From: the human T2T-CHM13v2.0 reference genome, Homo sapiens
Direction: 5' to 3' (one strand)
Length of the DNA: 64,000 bases
Assembly (NCBI RefSeq): GCF_009914755.1
Contig: NC_060938.1
Position 1 is the stretch's first letter, and each line of letters starts with the position of its first letter. The notes beneath the pieces were generated by a model. The model was not told where the DNA came from and made no database searches. It saw only the letters and a list, made by a program, of their open reading frames with translations. Position numbers and translations under genes: made by a program. Shown here piece after piece: positions 55,601 through 64,000 of this stretch.

Positions 55601-55740
55601 GCAAGCAGGACTTTTAAAAAACACACTTATAGAAATGCTTATGGCTGTGTCTTATTACAGAATATTTATAAGGAGAGTAAGATTAAAGAGTTAGAGTCAC
55701 TTAGGATTAAAACAAATGTTATAAACTATGACAGTCCAGC

Positions 55741-55834
55741 TCAAAGTAGCTTGATTTCATAAATATATTCTCTTTATGGTATTTCATAAATGCCATAAAT
55801 CAAAGTAGCTTGATTTCATAAATGTATTCTCTTT
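55741..55834. repeat. 35-bp direct repeat (34/35 identical) flanking a short hairpin
   Basis: tcaaagtagcttgatttcataaat(a/g)tattctcttt at 55741-55775 and 55800-55834. Confidence 0.92.
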
Positions 55835-56959
55835 TGATTAAATAATCAAACTTAAGTAAATTATTGGCCAGTGTCCACAATAGAATTTGTAAATAGTTAC
55901 ATTGTGTTCATGTTTGCATTTCTGTTCTCAACCTGAATGACTGCTCAATATAGTACACTATATTCACTTTTATTAAGCACTGCTCTCACATCTCATTGTG
56001 TTTGTTGAACCTGGAAATGTGATAGCATTTGATTGTGTTGATTTTTTTTTTTTAGCTGCCAAGACGAATTGTTAGATGTTTTTAAAACATTATATACCCT
56101 TATGCCCTTGGTGTCTCTGATGAAGCAGATTCATTAAATAAACACTCACTTATGAATAGCAGAGCCAGCACAGTCATAGTGGATGAAGTTTATAGGTTAT
56201 TGACGGACGGTAGGAAATCAGTTGAAAGATGCCCGGAAACATGTGGTTATGTTGGTAGGAAGTAGAAAACGCCTGCCTGGAGTCCTTCAGATCCCACAAC
56301 GTATGCGTGTGCATCTTCTCAGGCTCCGTATTAGCCCTGGTACGCACAGAGACACACAGCGACCAGCCTATTAGTTGCCTGGCAGATGCCGTCAGTACTG
56401 GTCATTTTGTGAATGCTTTTAATATGATTCACAGAATGTCTGTAGTCAGTCACGTTTTAGCACTGACAGTAAAATGTCACCTCTTCAGCAGTTTTCTTTT
56501 AAAAAAGGTGTAAAGCCTCTTAAAAATTTTTGCTTTAAACTCCTATCGATCGTTTAGAAATCTTATTAGCTTGCTTTGGGCTTTCTTTTAGAGTTGGAGA
56601 AATTAAAATTTAGAGACCAGGTTGGGCTGAGAAAACTGCGTGGAGAAGGGGAACTTGAGTTGAATCTTACTTACACCAGACAGTAGGGACACTAAAGAAG
56701 GCAATACTGCTGGAAGATAAAAGTTGACAGCTTTATGAAAGAAGGAAACAAGTGAATGAGATAATTCGGCTGAGAGCTCCCGGAAAGCAAGAATTCTTTT
56801 TCATCTGTGCCCTCAGTCCCTAGTTGGAGTACAGCCCAAAGTAAGGTTCAATAAATATTTGTTTAATGAATAAACAAATGGATGAACAAACTGAAATAAG
56901 TGTTGATATTTGTTATGAAATATGCCTTTCTCAGACTGTTCCACACACCTCACCCTGGC

Positions 56960-58183
56960 TGTGCCAAGTTTCTATGGCTGCACAACAAACTACTCCAACA
57001 CTTAGTGGCTTATAACAGCAGATGGAGGTTCACAGGCTTCCACTGGACAGTTCTCCTTGACATCTGTTCTGCAGTCAGAAGGCAACTGGAACTGAGGTTT
57101 CCGGTGGCTCCGCTTGACTACAGGGATGTTGGGCTGTCTCCTTCTCAGGGCCTCTGCTCTTTGTGTGGCTTTTCCAGCAGAGCCGCTGAACTTCTAACAT
57201 AGTGTGGCTCAGGGCTTCCAAAAAGCACAAAGGGAGAAGCTTCCAGGCCTCCCAAAGGCTAAGACCTGGAACTGTCACTGTGTTGCTCCCTCTTTTAGTT
57301 AAGCAGACAAGGGGGCCAGACCAGATTCAAAGGGAGGGAAAAGAAACCCCACCTCATGATGAGGCACCACTGTTTTCCCATCGATAACTGGTATCAACCC
57401 AGCATCCTACAGCTCAATTCAGTTCTGACACTCACCATCCCGACTTAGTACAGACCCTACAGGTTAAGGGCTCAGTCCCCTTAGACTGCCCCCACTTCAG
57501 ATGCCAGCTGAAAGTGGAATATGCCCAAGTTACCCACACTTCTTCCTGGCTGACTACAAATGTGGGGGTTGGGAGAACCCCCAGGTTTGGCAATTCACTA
57601 GAATGACTCACAGAACTAAGGAAAGTGCTATACTTACAATTACAGTTTATTATAAATGATACAATTGAACAACCAGCTGAGAATTTATGTAGGGTGAGGG
57701 CCAGAAGGGTCTTGAGTGCAGGAACTTCTGTCCCCATGAATGGGACATATCACTGTCCTGGTACATCATATTTTCACCAACCAGAAAGTTCCTGAACCCC
57801 ATTGTTCAAGAGTGAACAATGCAGGCTTCATTGCACAGGCATGATTGAGGAAATAATTGGCCATTGATGGTTAACTCAATCTCCAGTCCCTGTCATTTCC
57901 CCAGAGGTCAGGGACAAGGTTGAAAGTTCCTCTAATTATGTATCCATGTGGCTGGCACCTTCCTGGAAACTATCTAAGGGCACACCTTGAGTCACCTTGA
58001 TAGCATAAAGATACAGCTCAAAGGGGTTCATTATGAACAACAAAAGATGTTCCTGTCACTCAGGAATTTCAAATGGTTTTTGAAGCTCTGTGCCTCGGGA
58101 ACTAGGGACAAAGACAAAATAGATTTTGCTGTTCTATCACAGGGTTGATGACAAAGAATGTGTGGCCATCTTTAATCTGTGAC
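56960..58183 (-). mobile_element. MLT1 (H/I/J-like) LTR split by MER21 (MLT1 parts ~56960-57364 and ~58142-58183)
   Basis: gtttctatggctgcacaacaaactactccaacacttagtggcttataacagc...ccagattcaaagggagggaaaagaaaccccacctcatgatgagg resumes as caaagaatgtgtggccatctttaatctgtgaca. Confidence 0.75.
57365..58141 (-). mobile_element. MER21 LTR
   Basis: ctgacactcaccatcccgacttagtacagaccctacaggttaagggctcagtccc..agactgcccccacttcagatgccag...actcaggaatttcaaatggtttt..agctctgtgcc..ggaactagggacaaagac. Confidence 0.88.
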
Positions 58184-59760
58184 ACTGGTCCTCTGCAGAC
58201 TCAAGCAAAATAGATGAAATTTTACAAAGGACTGTTTTCCTATCATTTGCTTAGAAAATTACCCTACATGTTTATCCCACTTTCCCCTAGAGCAGGTTTC
58301 TGGAAAGCTAATGCTATGTCTTACGTATACATAAACGGATGAATGAGACAAAGTTTGTTGCATTGGTATGTGTGTTGGGGGGATAGGAGGGTGATGGGAG
58401 AGCCTCCTGGAATAGTCTTAGAGTTGGACACTGTTTCCCCTTGTGACTCCTTTTGCAGCTACTGCCTTGATCCCCTCTTGTGCCTGCTAGGCTCTGCCTT
58501 GGGGAAAGCTCAACTCTTCTGTTTCCCTACACTTGACCGACTGTCTCCATCGTTGCCTTGCCCATCTTGTGTTGTGTCCACCCAAACCTGACTCAGATCT
58601 ACTAGTTTTCATCTTTCGCTCACGGACTATTCTCTTGAGCCAGATTCCTAGTCCCCTAACTCAATCATCTTATTCTGGCTTCTCCAGTGTTCTTTCAACC
58701 CAATCTTGCTAAAAAGCTATTTTAATGCCCGACTGTGGATTTTTGGCATCGTTATCTCAGCAGGCCTAGCTTGGAGGTTCCTCTGGGATTTCCTGCTGGA
58801 GTCTTCTTTTTAGGATTTCCCAGTCTACTTGGGATACTTAAGGAAAATTATCACCTTGTCTTAGGAAGAATCTTATTATCTCAAATCAAATATTTAAAAT
58901 TGCAATGCTCCCTTATCTGGAATTTTATTTTGTAAGGGACATTTTCTGATAAGCTGCCAATGACAGCCTATGATATGAAATTCTGTATGTCCCTTTGGGT
59001 TCAACAGTAACCTTAATGGGATAGTTTTGTCTCCCTGTCTCACCTCAGGTAACAGAAATTGTCAAGTGCAAAGAAACTTTTGTATCCTTCCCACATCCAG
59101 AGCTAGCTTGGAGTTTGACCTTAGGCAACAACCAACTAACTGTGCCTTGAAGATAACTCTCTGGGGAGTTAATTAGGATAGACTGAATAATTCAAGGGGC
59201 AGTTTTGGTGAATTAAATTGGGAAAAGATTTTCGAGTGTTAAAGGTTGAAGCATTCCCTTCCTATTATTTCAGCTCTTACCTCTACTTTCTCAATATACA
59301 TTAAAGAAAAGCAAATCTGTTCAATAGATTTGAGATAATCTATTAATTTAGAATGCTTACTAGAAGCCCACCATGGGGCTAGGCTCCACAAAGTTTGAAT
59401 TGTGGTTATACTGTCGGTTGTTTTTTAAAAATGTACAGCAAAATCCTAGGCGATCTTCATGAACTACTCCAGAGGCCACCATCCTAGAAATCTAAACTCA
59501 GCTCTCCTTTAAGATTAGTCATTTTCTTATCCAAACACCACAGAGCTTTTTACATAGCTTTATTACAGTGCTTCAGATATTGTCTTGTAATTATTTGTTT
59601 CTCAACCTGTCTTACCTATTGGACCTGATTAATTTAGAGGTGGGAGGCTGCTGGCTTCATTTCCTTATCCAATCATTTAAATTAAGCATCTGACAGGTAC
59701 CAGGCACTATATTTGGTTCTAGTGTTCCAAAGGAAGTAGACAATCCTCATTTTGTATGTA

Positions 59761-60120
<360 letters not shown>

Positions 60121-61049
60121 TGAAGTTGCATTTCCACTTCACACACTCTTTTTTTTTAAACGGATAATTAGGAAATTCAGCCATTTTGAAGTTACTTGAC
60201 TCTGGTTATGGTTGTTTTCTAAGCTCTGTTAACACACCTGGTCAAAAGTTTGGAAGTCAGACATGTTTTGTTTGTCGTTTTTTTTTTTTTTTCTCTGTCA
60301 GACATGGCCTGCACCATAAGCTTCTGAAAAACTCTTTGAGGCCAGAGACTTGGCTTCATTGATCTTAGTATCTTTGGCAATGTTTTGTTCGTAGGGAAGA
60401 TTCAGTAAAAGGACATTTGGCATCAGACTAAAGGAAATGTGTTCCATTAGATGTTTAAATCACGGTGGTTTATTTTCAAAGCCATAGTTTTGTAGTGTTT
60501 CTTTACAACGTGATTGAATTTAAATGCACTGGGATGACTTCCTCCAAGAAGAAGGAAACTGGGGGGCCGAGAAGATGTGGCAAAAGCAGAAACATGTCCA
60601 TCTCTCATTGGGTAGGGACATCATTCATTTATTTGTTCCCGTATCATTTTGCAGATTCCTTTTCAACCTGTACACTGGCTGTCTTTCTCTCATCCCCAAG
60701 TTTCAAGATCTCTGGTGGTATTTCTTTTCCATATCCTTTACCTACCTTGCCTTGCTCCTCCACATTCCCAATTCCTTCAATTTTTTTTTCCTCTCTAATC
60801 TGCTGTTTTATGGATGTCAAGATATACTCTAGTTACTCAGCTCTTACCTTAGAATTGAGACTTCAGAGTTTCCCACTAAGTTCCCTTTGCGATACACAGG
60901 AAAGGGAACATTAAGAGGAGCACACTGAGACTTTAAGCAGGAAAATCGGTAAACGCTGACCATACTGAACAATTAAGTCTACTATTACTTACTGGTTTTC
61001 TTCTTCAGAGCATAAACCGGGCTTCCCTTTCCCCAGACTTGGCTACTGT

Positions 61050-61900
61050 CCCCTGGCTTGCAATAACCCCTGGCTCCTCAAAACTCTATGCCTTATACAT
61101 ATGCCTTTCCAAGTACTCTTGCCATTTGGAGGATGGGAAGATACTATGTCAGAGAATCCCAGGATCTGATTGGATGGATATAATTGTGACTGCCTCTTCC
61201 TCCACTGTCAGGTAAGTCTCTGAATGTGCCTGGCTGCTCTGCTTTCTCTGAGTGCCTTCTGCCATGAGCCAAGCTTTTCTGTCACCATAAGCAATCCACT
61301 CATCTCTTCAAGCAGGGACACGCATCTACGTGATTGGTGGCCAGATCAAATTTCTGCCTTCTAGAAGGCATCTTTCATATCCAGTCTTTCACCCTTACCA
61401 GTAATGTTATGGTCTAGACTTCATTGACATGGTTCCTCCATGGAAGATCATAATACTGTTTCCCAACCCAGACATAGCATCTTTCTCAACACAGAACTCT
61501 AGGCAACTGCTTTCATTGATTGGAGTTGTCATTCAAATTCAAAATGAAGCCTACTTGGCATCCCTAGCAGCTAGTCTTCTCTTGCCTAGATCATTCCTCT
61601 TCATTTATTTCTAGCCACTTGCCTCAACCCCCTCGAGTTTAACCATTGCCAGTTTTGATTGGAAAACCTATTTATTGAACATCTCTGGTGATTTTTCTGC
61701 TGTACCCAGTTACCTCTGAATGTGTTGCCCATCTCTGGAAGAAGAGGTATTCCTATATACACACCCCACATTCACTGAGGGCTTCTCTGTGGTTAGTTCA
61801 TAACTCTCTTTCATATGTGGTAGCCAATGCTCCATTAATTAGGAATGATGTTGACCATTCTTTCTTCTAAAGTCTGCACATATTCCTTCTGGAGTTGTCT
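61050..61900 (+). mobile_element. Highly decayed L2-like ORF2 remnant
   Basis: Pyrimidine-rich sequence. gatgttgaccattctttcttc (DVDHSFF) resembles the L2 reverse-transcriptase motif AFDTVDHSLL. Confidence 0.4.
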
Positions 61901-62050
61901 GTCATGATAGTGTCACACTTCAACAATGTTGAGGCTCCTGGTAAATTCTACAGAAACATTTCCATTTTCCTTTGTTTTATGTACAGAAATATAGTTATTA
62001 ATTAGGTCCTTGGGCACAAAAATGGAGGCAGGCATGTGCCATTTAACATG

Positions 62051-62575
62051 TGTGTTAGGGTTCTCCAGAGAAACAGAGCTAATAGGAGAGAGAAAGAGAG
62101 ATAGACAGATAAGAGGAGACTTATTATGGGAATTGGCTCATGTGATGATGAAAGCTGAGAAACTCCATAATCTGCAGTCTGCAAGCTGGAGAACCAGAAG
62201 AGCTGGTGGTTTAACTCAGTCTGAAGGCCTGAGAACCAGGGGAGTTGATGGTGTAACTAACTCCCAAGAACCAGGAGCTCCAATATCCCAGGGGAGGAGG
62301 AGGTGGATGTCCTTGCTCAAGAAGAGAGAGAGTGAATTCCCCCTTTCCCCATCTTTTTGTCATATTCACCTTTTCATTGTATTCAGGCAGGCCCTCAACA
62401 GATTGGGTGGTGTCCGCCCACATTGGTGAGGGCAGATGTACTTGACTCAGTCTACCAATTCAAATGCCAGTTTCTTCTGAATACACCCTGAAAGACTCAT
62501 CCAGAAATAAAGTTTTAATAGACATTTGGGTATCCCTTAACCCAGTTCAACTGACACATAAAATTAACCATCACA
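62051..62575 (-). mobile_element. MLT2B-like ERVL solo LTR
   Basis: tgtgttagggttctccagagaaacagagctaatagg...ggaattggctcatgtgat...ctgacacataaaattaaccatcaca. Flanks acatg/atatg (4/5 TSD). Confidence 0.92.
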
Positions 62576-62789
62576 ATATGCTTCACATATGTTTTTAAAA
62601 TAGCTTAATTTTTTGTCTATAAGTCTTGTACATGGGTAGTGGTTGAGTTAGTATCTTATCCCTTGAGTTTGCCAACCCCTTGGATAGGGTCAGTGTCTTG
62701 GGTTCTCTGAATGGCATTTAACACATGGTCACAAAAACCTTGGTCTGAAGAACTTTATAATGATAAAGTTCAAGGTACTTTGGTGTCTT

Positions 62790-62960
62790 GAGGAACTCCC
62801 TGGACTGTGAGGCAGAGACTCGCTTGGCTCTAGTCCTGGTGCTGGATCTAACTGGCTGCCATTGTGGGGCTCCCCTAAAGATAAAGGAACTCAGTTTCCT
62901 CATCTGTGAAATGTGAGGATGGAATTCATCACCATGTCCCCTCCCAGCTCTAAACTTCTC
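62790..62960 (+). mobile_element. MIR
   Basis: ccctggactgtgaggcagagac..tggctctagtcctgg...ctcagtttcctcatctgtgaaatgtgagga. Confidence 0.7.
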
Positions 62961-63357
62961 TGAGTCTTGTTTTTCCCTGCTCTGTATCCTCCACTTTCTG
63001 GCATGTTTTTTATATTTACTATTATAAATGTGTCCCTATTTTATAAGTTGTTACAGCACGAGAGAGAGGTAAGGAATAGTTAACAAAATTGTATTCTGAG
63101 TAGCCTAATATTCTTTTTTTTTTCCTGCTAAACTTCTTTTTCCTCACCTTCTCCTAACATTTTTGTGGGGGTGGGTGGACTGGTGGGTGACTGTAGTGAT
63201 ATTGATATTCAGAGAGGAGTGAAAAATGCAAAATTGCAAGGTTAACAACAGATGGTTATATGGTGCCATTTTAGGAGTGTTATTAAAAGAACAAATCTAT
63301 TTTCCTGAATAGTAGGATGTCTTAAGTGTTTAGGCTTAAATCTACTGTTGAAATAGA

Positions 63358-63416
63358 AAAAGAGGAGGAAGAGGAGGAGGAGAGGAGGAGGGGAAGGAGG
63401 AGGAGGGGGAGGAAAA
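63358..63416. repeat. Purine-only (GGA)n-type tract
   Basis: aaaagaggaggaagaggaggaggagaggaggaggggaaggaggaggagggggaggaaaa. Confidence 0.9.
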
Positions 63417-63853
63417 GTCAAGGAAACACTTAGAACATTTTTGCATGATCTCAATTTTCTTCTTGTTCCAAGGTTTTTAATTTGGACAGTGGTATGTGCT
63501 TCAGATTGAATGCAAGGAAATTTGTTGCACCATTTGCCTGACAGTTATCATTTTCCTTGACGAAAAGTTTTTCTGAATCTTGCTTTGCTGGAGCTACCTC
63601 TTCCCTTGCCCTGAATAACCTCACTTGCTTAAGTCATCGATGCAGTGGACTGACACCACCTTTCTCTTAAGGAATTACCCTGTTCTCTGGGTAGGTCTAA
63701 TTTACACTCCCACTATCACCCAAAGAAGAGACACTCTCTATATTGATAACTAGAAAGAAGGAACTGAGACTGTTGTCCAAGGACATCTTATCTTTAGCAT
63801 AGAGCGAATATGTGGTTTATGGTAGGTGTTCAACAAACTTAAAAAAAAAAACT

Positions 63854-64000
63854 TGTATTAGTCTGCTCTCATGCTGCTGAATAAAGACATATCGAAGACT
63901 GGGTAATTTAAAAGGAAAGAGGTTTAATGGATTCACAGTTCCACATGGCTGGGGAGGCCTCACAGTCATGACAGAAGGCAAAAGTCACGTCTTATATGGC
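63854..64000 (-). mobile_element. THE1 (C/D-like) MaLR LTR, cut by the window edge
   Basis: tgtattagtctgctctcatgctgctgaataaagacat...gaggtttaatggattcacagttccacatggctggggaggcctcacagtcatg. Confidence 0.92.

Noticed and set aside
62010-62429. 139-aa ORF
   Set aside because: Translation of the MLT2 LTR.

Overview
This is primate (human-like) genomic DNA, AT-rich and CpG-depleted, with no CpG island. It reads as intronic or intergenic. Much of it is interspersed repeats: about 17 Alu copies or fragments, several old L1/HAL1 and L2 fragments, MIRs, MaLR LTRs (MST, MLT1, THE1), ERVL/ERV1 LTRs (MLT2, MER21 and others) and DNA transposons (MER6, MER1, MER5, MER20). Many have visible target-site duplications (TSDs) and nested insertions. 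I recognise no intact protein-coding exon, tRNA, rRNA or snRNA, and I cannot name the locus. The ORF track consists of repeat-derived or chance ORFs. The best-supported non-repeat signal is a near-consensus CTCF motif at about 31.7 kb. More speculative leads are (i) splice-site-bounded, partly phase-compatible exon-like segments on the + strand (1.5-14.3 kb) that may be a decayed multi-exon gene, with a tentative RGS-domain-like pattern, and (ii) a stop-poor, coding-like exon pair on the - strand (33.6 kb and 29.7 kb). Repeat family names come from recalled consensus sequences, and subfamily labels and old-element boundaries are approximate. No new biological system is established by this sequence alone.
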